NCBI GenBank assembly: GCA_024679065.1
Contig: JAGIQG010000013.1
Location: 16,306,001 to 16,370,000, forward strand
Source: Sphyrna mokarran
Taxonomy: Eukaryota
DNA length: 64,000 nt
Reading direction: 5' to 3'
Shown here: positions 51,976 to 62,732 of the stretch, piece by piece
How positions within the stretch are numbered: the stretch's first letter is position 1
How the letters are laid out: every line of letters begins with the position of its first letter
The notes under the pieces: generated by a model
Seen by the model: the letters and a program-made list of their open reading frames with translations, nothing else
Told to the model about the DNA's origin: nothing
The model's database searches: none
Program-made: the position numbers and the translations under genes

Positions 51976-52339
51976 CCACTGATGAAACAGACTGAGAGGG
52001 TTACCCAAATAGCAATTTAAAAATGTTAATTCAAATTTTTAAAAAAGTATTTAATTGGTTTACAGGTGGTAGTAAAGAGCATTTTTAAAAGTAACAGCTG
52101 GTATCTGTCTCTAAAGTGTATAATGATGTATGTTTATATATGGATAGATAAAGATGACTATTTAGAGGTTATCTATTAGATGGAAAGATAAATATCTCTT
52201 ATTTTATTTATCACTATTATTTTAAGGTAAGTTAAGTATTTAAATAAAGGAATATGGTTACTTATGGTTAATCAAGAAAACATGGAGAACACAAAGCCTT
52301 GGCTGAAAATCTAGTCACTGTCTCACAGGAGTTAAAAAT

Positions 52340-52475
52340 TAAAGTTTATTTATTAGTCATAAGTAAGGCTTGCATTAACACTGCAATGAAGTTGCTGTGA
52401 AATTCCTCCAGTCACCACACCCCAGCACCTGTTCAGATCAATGCACCTAACCAGCATGTTTTTCAGACTGTGGTG
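52340..52475 (-). mobile_element. SINE 3' fragment (tail type a)
   Basis: agtttatttattagtcataagtaaggcttgcattaacactgcaatgaagtt. Confidence 0.8.
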
Positions 52476-52507
52476 AGGATTGTGAGAGTTTCATATGGAA
52501 AAGATAC

Positions 52508-52631
52508 CTGAATCGTGTAGGAACACTGCATGTTCCCTGGGCAGAGGAACTGTCTCCAATCATTGCTGGCATTTCAATTTCAAAGTCCTTTGGTACATTT
52601 TGCAGGTTTGGTTCAATAAAGCTAATTCGAC
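52508..52631 (-). CDS. POLQ: POLQ exon (ex23 equivalent), start of insert 2
   Basis: 124 nt; GRISFIEPNLQNVPKDFEIEMP...; AATCAG| and |GTATCT; phase 1 to 2. Confidence 0.95.
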
Positions 52632-52957
52632 CTGATTTGAACAAAAGAGTGAGGTCTAGGTTACACGAAAGCAAAAATGTACATCTAAAGACGAACTAAA
52701 TTATCCAAGAAAATACTCGATTACATTTCATTCAATCCAAAGAGAACCACTTCAAAAAGATACTGCGTGTGAAATCTTGTTTGAATTCTGACATTTTAAT
52801 AAGTCATTTTAATGCGGTTACATTCTATTCAGAGTTAACTAACTGATCTTACCCATCAATTTTGCACAAAGTCCAATTTTAACTCGACTACATGTAAGTT
52901 TGGCTGCATTGGAGAAACCCAACAAGCATGCACATTTTATCCAGACTTCCATTTCAT

Positions 52958-53184
52958 TGTGCTTGCGTGGGTTTTCCCCGGGCGCTCCGGTTTCCTCCCA
53001 CATCCCTGAGATGTGCTCTTAGGCTATCTGGCAAAACAAATTCTCCCTAAATTGTCTCAAATTTGGTTTTTAATCCATAGATCTATAAACATAGACAGGG
53101 ATCACGGGTAGAGGTGGGAACATCGGGGTAGTGGCGTGGGCTCGTTGGGCCGAAGGGCCTGTTTCCCGTGCTGTTTTGTTCTTT
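52958..53184 (+). mobile_element. 5'-truncated V-type SINE (tail type c)
   Basis: gcgtgggttttccccgggcgctccggtttcctcccaca followed by the type-c tail. Confidence 0.88.
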
Positions 53185-53369
53185 ATCTGCGATGCTACAG
53201 AACCGGTAATACTGTGCAACCTGGTTCTTTTTACTCCTTACTCCAAAATAATGAAGGCAGGCAGGTTTGTTGTGTCACCAGGGAATAGAATAGAATGCAA
53301 AACGGTGGCATCTCATTGCATACAATTCTGCAAACCCAGTTTAAAACATTTTTCACTTTACTGGTTACT

Positions 53370-56300
53370 CAAATTCCCAATGGTGCTTATTGTGCAACCA
53401 GCACGTTAGGAAGGGAGTTCTAGGATTTTAACCCAGTACTAATGAAGGAACAACAATATAGTTCTAAGTGAACAGGATGCATGGCTTGGATAGGAACTTG
53501 CAGAAGATGGTTTCCCATTAACTTGATGCCCTTATCCTTCTAAGTGGCAGAGATCATGGGTTTGAAAGGTGCTATCAAAGGAGCTTTGGTGAGTTGCTGC
53601 AGTGCATCTTATAGATGGTACATACTGTTACCATTGTCCATTAGTAGGGAAAGATATCAATGCTCAAGATAGTGAATGAGATACAAGAAAAGTGGGCTGT
53701 TTACTATCAAGTTTCTTTGTTGGAATTGACTTCATCCAGGTAATGGAGAGTATACCATCACACTTCTGACTTCTACCTTGTAGATGGTGGATAAGCTTTG
53801 GAAAATCAGGGTTCCCAGTCTTTAACCTGCTCTAGTAGCCTCAGTATTTATGAGGCTAGTCCAGGACAGTTTCTGATCAATGTTAACCCCCAGAATATTG
53901 ATAGTGGGGGAACCTGTGATGATAATGTCATTGAATATCAAGGGGTGATCATGTCTTGTTGGAGATGGTTATTGCCTGGAACTTGTATGGCACGAATGTT
54001 ACTTGCCATTTGTCAGTCCAAGCCTGGATATTGTTCCGGTCTTGCTGCATTTGAACATGGGCTGTTTCAGTATCTGAGGAATCCCTAAAGGTGCTGAACA
54101 TTCTCCACTTCTGACCTTATGGTGGGAGTTCCACTGATGAAGCAGCTGAAGATGGTTAGGCCTAGGACATTACTCTGAGGAACACTATTGGAGATGACTG
54201 ACCTCCAAAAACCACATCCATATTCTTTTATGCCAGGTATGTCTCTAACTTGTAGAGAATTTTCCATCTGCTTCCCATTGTCTTGTTTTGCTGGGGCTCC
54301 TTGATGCCATCCTTGATCAACTGTTTCCTTGCTCTCACCTCACCTCTGAAGTTCAGCTCATTTGTCCATGTTAGGAGGAATGTTGAAACAAGGTCAGGAA
54401 CTTGATGGTTCTGGCAGAACCCAGCCTGAGTATCTTGCTGAGTAAATGCTGCTTAATAGCACTATCAATGACACCTTTGATCGCTCTAATGACCACCAGA
54501 AGTAGATTGACAAGTCAGTGATTGGTCAGGTTTGATTTATCCTGCTTTTTGTATATAGGAAATATATGGGCAATTTTCAGCCTCACTGAGTGGATGTCAG
54601 TGTTATAACTGTAGTGGAATAGCTTGGCTAGGAGTGCAGCTAGTTCTGAATCATAAATATTATTTCTGGAATATTGTAAAGGCTTTTGCAGTATCCAGTG
54701 CATTCAGCCATTTGATATCATGTAGAGTGAATTGACTTATAGAACATAGAACACTACAGCACAAACAGGCCCTTCGGCCCACAAGTTGTGCCAAACACAT
54801 CAAAAACCTACCCAGCCATAGACCTATCTATAACCCCCAATCCCATTGGATCCCATATACTCATCCAGAAGTCTTTTAAAAGACCGCAGCGAGTTCGCCT
54901 CGACCACCACCGACGGCAGCCGATTCCATTCACTCACCACCCTCTGAGTGAAAAACTTTCCCCTAGCATCCCCTCTGTACTTGCTTCCCTGCACCTTAAA
55001 TCTGTGCCCTCTCGTCACGACCATTTCAGCCCTGGGAAATAGTCTCTGAGAGTCCACCCTATCTATTCCTCTCAACATCTTGTAAACCTCTATCAGGTCG
55101 CCTCTCAACCTTCGTCTCTCCAGGGAGAACAGTCCCAGCTCCCTCAACCTGTCTTCATAAGGCATGCCTCCCAATCCAGGCAACATCCTTGTAAATCTCC
55201 TCTGCACCCTTTCAATAGCTTCCACGTCCTTCCTATAGTGAGGCGACCAGAACTGCGCACAGTACTCCAAGTGTGGTCTGACAAGGGTCCTATAAAGCTG
55301 CAGCATTACTTCCTGACTCCTGAACTCAATCCCTCGATGAACGAAGGCCAGTACACCGTAAGCTTTCTTAACCACATCCTCCACCTGGGAGGCCGATTTG
55401 AGAGTCTTATGGACCCGGACCCCAAGATCCCTCTGCTCTTCCACACAGCTAAGACTCTTATCTTTGATAGTGTACTCATTCATCCCGTTGGATCTGCCAA
55501 TGGGATGAATGACTTGGATGAAGGTTGGCATTTGTGGCCTCATGGAGAGGCAGAGATGGATCATTGACTTGGCATATCTGGCTGAAGGTGGTTGTAAATG
55601 CTTCAAGGCTTGTGTTTTGCACAGACGTGTTGGGGTCCCCGTCATTGAGAGTGGGATATTTCTGCAGCCACATCCTCCAGTAATGTATTTTATTGCCCCA
55701 ACACCTACGCTGACTGGATGTGGCAGGACTTCAAATCTCAGATCTCATCTGTTGGTTGTAGGATCACTTAGTGCTGCCTAATGCTGCTTCCACTGTATGC
55801 AAGTCGTCCTGTTTTAACTTCAAATCAGCAGCTCATTTTCAGATGTGTCTGATGCTGCTCCTGGCTTACCTTCCTGCTCTCTCTATTGAGCTACAGCTGA
55901 ACCACTGGCTTCAAGTGGGGGATATGTCGTGCCATGAGGTTACAGATTGTGATTGAATTCTGGTGCTGCTGATGGCCCACAGCACCTCGTGGATGCTAGA
56001 TACGAATTGCTAAACCAGTTGAAAATTTAGCCTGGTGGTAAAGCCATACAACACAACGGAAGATATTCTCAATGTGAAGATAGATTTTGTCTCCACAAGG
56101 TCTGTGCGGTGATCACTCCTACCGATATCGTTAAAGACTGAAGCATCTATGAGAAGTAGATTGGTGATGGTGAGGTCAAGTAGGTTTTCCCTCTTGCTTT
56201 CCTCACTGCTTGCCACAGTCTCAATTTAGCTGCTATCTCATTTCCGACACTGCCAACTCAGTCAGTAGTGGTGCTATCAAGCCATTCTTGGTGATGGACA

Positions 56301-57095
56301 TTGAAGTCCCCCTCAGCATATATTCTGTGCACTGGCCACCTCAGTGCAGCTTCCTTCTGTGTTTAATATGGGAGTACTGATTCATCAGTTGACTCGGATG
56401 GGGTGAGAATCTTGTCAATCAGCGGTGGATTTCTTTGTCCACATTTGATCTGATGCCACTTGATGTCTTGGGATCCAGCGTCAACAATGGGACCTCCTAG
56501 GGCAACACATTCCCAACATGTATATAATATATACATATTGAATATATAAAATATATTCAACATGTATATCACTGTACCACCAATTCTGGGATTGTGTTGT
56601 CTGGGACATTGTCCATAACATATGATTCAGTGAGTCAGACTGTTGCCTGACCAGCCTGAGACAACTCTCTCAATTCTGGCACAAACCCCTGTTAATGTTG
56701 GTAAGGAGGACTTTGCAGGGCCAATAGGGCTGGATATGCCATTGTCATTTTTGGTGTTTAAGCCAGTCCCACAAGTGCCATTGGTGTTTAGGTCAATGCA
56801 AGTTTCATTGCTTGTCCGTTTTACTGTAGTGATTACAACTGAATGGCTTGCCAGGCCTTTTCAGAGGGCCTGAATAGAGTGAACCAAAGCAGTAGGTCTG
56901 CAGTCACATATAGTCGAAGTAAGAACGGCAGATTTCCTTCTTTAAAGAACATTGGTGGACCTTATGGGCCTTTTCAACAATCGACTATGATTTCATGATT
57001 ATTACTTGAATTCAAATTCCACCAGCCACCCTGGAGTATTAGCCTGGGTTTCTGGATCATTAATCCAATGACATTATCACCATGCAACCACCCCA
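53370..57095 (-). mobile_element. Near full-length decayed LINE (APE + RT, CR1/L2/jockey supergroup) with SINE-like 5' end
   Basis: LLDLTITN...IGRSDH (APE); ELAALLAKLFHYSYNT...PIYKKQDKSN and VPQSNVLGLTIFSCFI (RT); tRNA/SINE-like head at 56860-57095. Confidence 0.82.
54739..55515 (-). mobile_element. Young CR1 3' part nested in the old LINE
   Basis: ORF 54824-55645 with EEQRDLGV...[24 protein letters not shown]; atagaacatagaac tail; flanks gaattgactt / gaatgactt. Confidence 0.94.
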
Positions 57096-57184
57096 CCTTA
57101 CACTCTACTTCATACTTAACATTTCAAAACATATTTAAAAAACTTTCCCTGAGACACACGTTTCTATTCCACCGCGTAAATGAC

Positions 57185-57359
57185 CTGTAGCACTGTGTGT
57201 CTGAGAGATAGGATAGATCCTCTCCATTCCCAGCTCAGGATGCAGACGTTTCTCCCGCTGCAGAGGGAACACCACTTTGCTCATTGCGTTAGTAATTCTT
57301 CTCCATTCCAATATTAAGCCTGGCAAAGGATGAAGTGGCTTCAATTTCTCCAATATCTC
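57185..57359 (-). CDS. POLQ: POLQ exon (ex22 equivalent), thumb
   Basis: 175 nt; EILEKLKPLHPLPGLILEWRRITNAMSKVVFPLQREK...SQTHSAT; TTTTAG| and |GTCATT. Confidence 0.96.
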
Positions 57360-58038
57360 CTAAAATAAATAAAGGACTGATCAGATTACATTGTTTTTAA
57401 TATGCCATCCTTGACTTAATTTTTTTATTGCTCCAACATAAAAATCTGTTTGAATTTGCTTGTTCCATTTTGATATTGTTTGTGTCAATGTCAAACTTTG
57501 GAAGATGCTCTTTCTTTGCATTTACCATTTAGTATTTACCTGCTATCTATATTCTGAAGTCTTATTTACCTTATGTATCAGCAACTGGCACCAGATACTT
57601 TCAGTCTTTAATCAGTTTTTCATGGAGTAATTCTCAATAACTTGCACAATAAATTCAGCTGACATGTTAAAATGCCTGTTTGATGTAACACACCCTCATC
57701 TTACCACTCCTATAATCGTCATCTCTTTTAATTCATTAGCTTTTATTGTTGCTTCTTGTTGCCAATAAAGATTCCTCGAAAGTCTCGTGACTGCAATTTA
57801 TTCCAACTCTTAGGAGGACATCTATGAATCTTTCATGCGTCAGTCAAATGTTTCCTCATCATCTATAATGCATGGTTACATTTCTCACTTAATTTCCAAC
57901 ACTCACTCACAACTGACTGAACAAATATTAAGATGTATATTCCACACCCATGAGTCAAACAAGCCTTACTTGATTCCCTTTTTATTTTTCTTTTAGGATT
58001 AGGAAAGTACAAAGTTTCCATAACAACCACACAATTAC

Positions 58039-58173
58039 CTTATTAGTGCTGAATTGTTTAGCCAGCCTGCTGCGTCCTCCTGTTGGTGCTTTCCTCCTGG
58101 TGGAACCAAGTGTCCTCTTGCCATTCGTGTTAGCATCCCCATTCGGAGGAAGTTTCAGCTCCAAAAACAGAGC
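58039..58173 (-). CDS. POLQ: POLQ exon (ex21 equivalent), thumb with insert 1
   Basis: 135 nt; ALFLELKLPPNGD...KRTLGSTRR...LAKQFSTNK; TTCTAG| and |GTAATT. Confidence 0.95.
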
Positions 58174-58694
58174 CTAGAACAGGAATTAAATCGCTGAGTC
58201 TGTGAAATTTTGAGTAGGGCAAAGTAGCAAGTCCAGAAACGGGCTGTTTTGTTGAACTGCGGATATTTTGTAAGATTTTGTATAAAAGCTGCAGTTCCTG
58301 TAGGCCTTTTGTTAAGCAATTGCTGCGGTGGGATACATTCGCTGTGTTGAAATCACCATAAAATTCACGTATAAAATCCAAATTTTAAAAAAGAGAAGCC
58401 TGTGGGCTTGTGGACGATATGAAATATTAATACATCTATATCTTAGGTTCACATGGGATATTGTAGCACAGCACATTTACATTTCAACACAATATTCAGT
58501 CTAAATCTTCCAAAAATATTGAATATCAATATCACGAATTGAACTCAGTCTCAACAGTCACTGCAATTAAAATAGTGCAACAGTGCACTGAAACTTCAGC
58601 CAAATTGACAATTTCTCCAGTGGAAGATGTAAGAGATATTTCACACCCTGGCCATTGCTCTTAATAAGAATTCAGATCTATAATACAATCTTAC

Positions 58695-58888
58695 CGTAGC
58701 AACATCATCTGAGCTGGTCAGAGAGAAGCTGTGACCTACGAGCTGGTAAGCCTGTGCCTCTATGAAAGCTAGCTTGGCCTGCATTTGGGATTTTTGGTTC
58801 TCACATTCAGCTGTACTGAATCCTATTCCATTCATCTCCAACAAGGCCAGGCAATACTGCGTTTTCATTTCAACATTCCGAAACACAT
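58695..58888 (-). CDS. POLQ: POLQ exon (ex20 equivalent)
   Basis: 194 nt; DVFRNVEMKTQYCLALLEMNGIGFSTAECE...FSLTSSDDVAT; TTGCAG| and |GTAAGA. Confidence 0.96.
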
Positions 58889-58935
58889 CTGCAAGCGAAC
58901 GTTACATATTGGTAAAATTTAACACCACGGTACAA

Positions 58936-59244
58936 GGGGAGGTGTAACATAGTGGTATTACCAGAGACCTAGGTTCAAATCCCACCATGGCAGGTGGTGG
59001 AATTTGAATTCAATGAAAAACTGGAATTAAAAGTTTCATCATGACCATGAAACCATTGTCGATTGTCACAAAAACCCATTTGGGTCACATATGTCCTTTA
59101 GGGAAGGAAATCTGCTGTCCTTACCTGATTGGCCTACATGTGACTCCAGACCCACAACAATATGGTTGACTCTTAAATACCCTCAGGAATGGGCAATAAA
59201 TGCAGCCCAGCCAGTGATGCCCACATCCCATGAATAAATAAAAA
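58936..59244 (+). mobile_element. tRNA-derived SINE with non-V central domain
   Basis: tagtggta A-like box, ggttcaaatcc B box (58972-58982), core gtcctttagggaaggaaatctgc, tail gggcaataaatgc...cccacatcccatgaataaataaaaa. Confidence 0.85.
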
Positions 59245-59439
59245 CAAAGGTATTTCACAATTGTCTTTTCCTCAATTAATACAATGCTTTGCCAGTCCCG
59301 ATGTACTGCAAGATTGATAGGGTGGATTAATGGTACATTTAAGCTGCACCTTGTGTACAGGAGACAGGATAGATGGATCAATTATTTTTCTCCCTGTCCT
59401 GTTTTTATATTTGTGTGTTAAGTTATGATGTTGCCGTCC

Positions 59440-59800
59440 ATGGCAATGGCATCCAAAGAAAGACATTAGTTTCCACCTATGACACCCACCTCCACCTTCC
59501 AACATCTCCACAGTTACTAAATTATTAATCTGTTTATCCAACATTCAACACTGGATGAGCAGAAGTTTCCTCCAATTAAATGTTAAGGCTGAAGCCATAG
59601 TTTTCTGTCCACTCCATTCATTAGCTACTGACTCTATCCATTTCCCTAGCAACAGTCCAAGACTGAACCAGACTGTTCACAACCTTGGCGTCATATCTGA
59701 TATGGAAGTGAGTTTCCACTTTCATTGCCATCACTATGACTGCCTAATTCTATCTAACATTGATTAATTCTGCTCATCTGCTGCTTCACCCTTAGAACCA
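59440..59800 (+). mobile_element. L2-like LINE RT fragment
   Basis: WMSRSFLQLNVKAEAIVF...QTVHNLGVISD. Confidence 0.65.
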
Positions 59801-59920
59801 TTCTGGCATTTAAAAACAAACCTAACATTTTAAAACAAAATTGAAGCCAAATATATCCAAAAGGCACAATTCTACCTATACTTATAAGATATGATCTAAG
59901 TTGTAAGATCTCCATCATAC

Positions 59921-60161
59921 CTTGCAGATTCTCTTTCTTAAGCAGCAAGTTAAGTTTATCCATTATATCATAGACCAACACTGACTCTATGGAGGCTCTG
60001 TTACGGCCTGAGGTATCTGTGCTGGCGCCCAACCCAAGACTCTGAACGCCATGGCTGCTGCCCACTCCTTCCAATAGGGCAAGCTGATGGGGGAGAAAAT
60101 TGGTCACCATATTGTGAAGTGTTCTCTCTTTGGAGCTGGGATCCAGGAGCCAACATGCCAC
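59921..60161 (-). CDS. POLQ: POLQ exon (ex19 equivalent)
   Basis: 241 nt; VACWLLDPSSKERTLHNMVTNFLP...LLKKENLQ; CCTAG| and |GTATGA. Confidence 0.96.
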
Positions 60162-60262
60162 CTAGGAGGGGGAACAAACATTTATTGTAGTTTTCTTCTT
60201 TCTCAAGTGAAAGTTAACTTCTTTTCTATGGATTCAGGCTTCCAGCAAAAATAAATTTGAAC

Positions 60263-60465
60263 CTTTGGATCTTCATAAATGCCTTTCATGGAGATGTTAC
60301 TGGCCTCCAGAAGAATTTTGTAATGTTGCTTGAAGTCATAGACAAGAATGGAGCACGGAGTCTCAGTGGCTGCACCTCGCTGTAAACATGAACGTACATG
60401 AAAAAGCCTGTCTCTCACAGTCAGCTCAGGGTCTAGAGGTGGAGGGGCCAAACTGTTGCTTAAAT
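60263..60465 (-). CDS. POLQ: POLQ exon (ex18 equivalent)
   Basis: 203 nt; DLSNSLAPPPLDPELTVRDRL...YEDPK; GGAAG| acceptor, |GTTCAA donor; phase 1 to 0. Confidence 0.94.
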
Positions 60466-60860
60466 CTTCCAAAAAACAAAATTAAAAAGACATTTAAATA
60501 TTTGTAAATAACAAGTACAAATGCAGTACCAGTTTAAGTGTTCCGTGACATTCTTTTCAAATAGGGTGGTGTGCAACAACAACAAATAGCATTATTTAGA
60601 GCCTTAAACATAGAAAAGTGAACCAAACTATGTGTGAGAGTACAACAACAGTTTTGAGATATATTACAAGGTTTACTTGTATATACAGGCACTTGAAAAA
60701 CAGCAACATGAATTATTTTTACCAGTGAGATCTCATCCTGACTGGATTTGGATATGCTGATTGTTGGGAAAGATGATAATCTAAGCAAATCAATCCAGAG
60801 CAAAGATTTTCAAATCTAATTTAGATTTGCCCAAGATTATACTGAAGGCATATTTCTTAC

Positions 60861-61004
60861 CAATAATTTCCTGCGTCTCTTGCAAGGAGATGTAGTAGGC
60901 ATCCTTCCCTCCCCAACACACACACAAACCAATCATGACAAGGTCTTTGTGACTGCTCACTTCAAATCCATTTGTCTTAGCCTGAATCTTTACAGCATTC
61001 TGGG
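60861..61004 (-). CDS. POLQ: POLQ exon (ex17 equivalent), exonuclease-like domain
   Basis: 144 nt, TTTGTAG|...|GTAAGA; AQNAVKIQAKTNGFEVSSHKDLVMIGLCVCWGGKDAYYISLQETQEII. Not in the ORF track. Confidence 0.95.
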
Positions 61005-61111
61005 CTACAAAGTAAATAAAGACATCAAGATTAATTTAGGACTCTGCATTAATTATAAAGTAATTAATTCCTTTACAGTCTACAAGTATATCCAATGTTT
61101 ATATGCAAATA

Positions 61112-61381
61112 TGAATGCTGAATGGCCATTCGGCCCATTTAGTCTACACCGACCATCCAACAGAACCTCTTACCCATGCCCCATCCTCGTAACCCCATAT
61201 ATTTACACCCCCCGCCCCCCCATTCTCCTAATCTACTCAACTTCGGACTGTGGGAAGAAACCAGAGCATCTGGAGGAAGCCCACGCAAACGCAGGAAGAA
61301 TATATAAACTCCACAAAGACGATCACCCGAGTCCAGAATCGAACCTGGGTCACTGGCGCTGTGCTAACCACTGTGCCGCCA
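61112..61381 (-). mobile_element. tRNA-derived HE1/V-type SINE
   Basis: gaatcgaacctgggtcactggcgctgtgctaaccactgtgccgcc head; V-domain on the reverse strand. Confidence 0.85.
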
Positions 61382-61692
61382 TTTAGAAAAGTTTCCTCAC
61401 CAGGCAGCACAGCAGAAAATTCATTTAACATTTACAACAAAATAAATTTGTACAATTAGTAGATAAACATATCAGGTGGAATTGGCCGAAAAAAATGTGA
61501 TCCAGCATCACAAACCATGCAAGTCCCCCATCCCCCCGATTATGGCCCCCCCCCCGCCAGCTATGTCCGGGCCAGTCACGAACCCACCCTCCCCGCCTAC
61601 CTCCTCCCATCAAACAGTCCTGACCCCCAACAGGCCGATCTCGACCTCCATCAAGCCCATCCCAATGGCCAGCCCCAATCAGCCCTTCCGTC

Positions 61693-62202
61693 TGTGAAGT
61701 TGTGCGAATGAAGTAGTGGCATGATGGGAAAATTGGTCAAGTATTTGGTACAAAATAAAGAAAGCTGATCAGGCTATTCCAAAATGCCCGTCCTCTGTAA
61801 GACCTGATAAGGCTGACTCCACATGACCTAGAGGTGTATGAGTGAGACAAACTAAGGTCAGTGGTGAAGGAGTCACCGACCTTCTTCTGTTCCATCAAAG
61901 GACAAGATAAAGATATGACTGATGAGACAAAGGTCTAGGAGGTCTGCAGGTTACACCGTGATTTATGACGTTGCTTATGACGCTACTAGTGATTGAATTC
62001 CTGAATAAGCTCTGGTAACGCAAACTGATATTGATTATGTATAAATACTGAAGTGATTCTTTATGTTCGCACTTGAGGAGGAATTAGCAAGTCATAACGA
62101 TGACTCTCTGAACTCAAGTTTTTGTTAATACTGCATGCAGTCTTTTGGAAATAAAGACAAGTTATTTTGTTGGAATGAACTTAGTTGACTCTTTCTACCA
62201 CA
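61693..62202 (+). mobile_element. Solo LTR, antisense to POLQ
   Basis: tgtg...caca ends; TATAAATA 62040-62047; AATAAA 62150-62155; flanks ccgtc / cagtc if the end is 62200; splits a GC-rich MITE-like element. Confidence 0.7.
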
Positions 62203-62732
62203 GTCAAGAAGCAGGAAAATTTCTACTTCAACACCTCCCTTTGTCACTCATCCCAAGTGCAGAGTAGCAGTGGGACCGAAACCATCCCCACCCATGCCCC
62301 CCAGAGACCCCGCTCCCTTGGCACTGCCCAATGCAGTGTCAAGGTGTCCCCAGGCATTGCCACTTTCCTCCTGGGGCAATGCAGGCTAGCAAAGCCTAGG
62401 GGGAGCTCCCATTAATCACCGACCTCCTGAGGGTGCTCCATGGATCCTATTCACTCCCAACCATGTTACAGATCTAAATTGTGATCTTAATATTAATGCC
62501 GGAAATCAGTGTGGAGCTGGCGATGCCGGAATTCCAGCGGCCAGAGAAGCGCAGAGGCCATGGCACCCAACAGGAAATCCATTATACAGCCTCACGTCTC
62601 CCGGTCCATTGTGCTGCAAGAATCCCACCCTCGCACTCCACCCTCCACCTCCGCCCCTCCAAGAGACCAAGAGTAGTCTGTTACTATACAGGCTGCTACT
62701 TTTTAAAGATAAATACTCATCTATTTACGTAC

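Noticed and set aside
54824-55645. 273-aa ORF as a host gene
   Set aside because: CR1 RT C-terminus fused by chance to flanking LINE sequence; 5'-truncated and lacks the RT catalytic core.
60811-60829. 9-bp perfect palindrome caaatctaa-t-ttagatttg
   Set aside because: Short and AT-rich; plausible by chance in 64 kb.
60880-61386. 168-aa + strand ORF
   Set aside because: Antisense of POLQ exon 17 joined to intron and SINE sequence.
61919-61940. CTGATGA-GAC-AAAG-GTC as another hammerhead
   Set aside because: Followed by TAGG rather than GAAA; no stem III.
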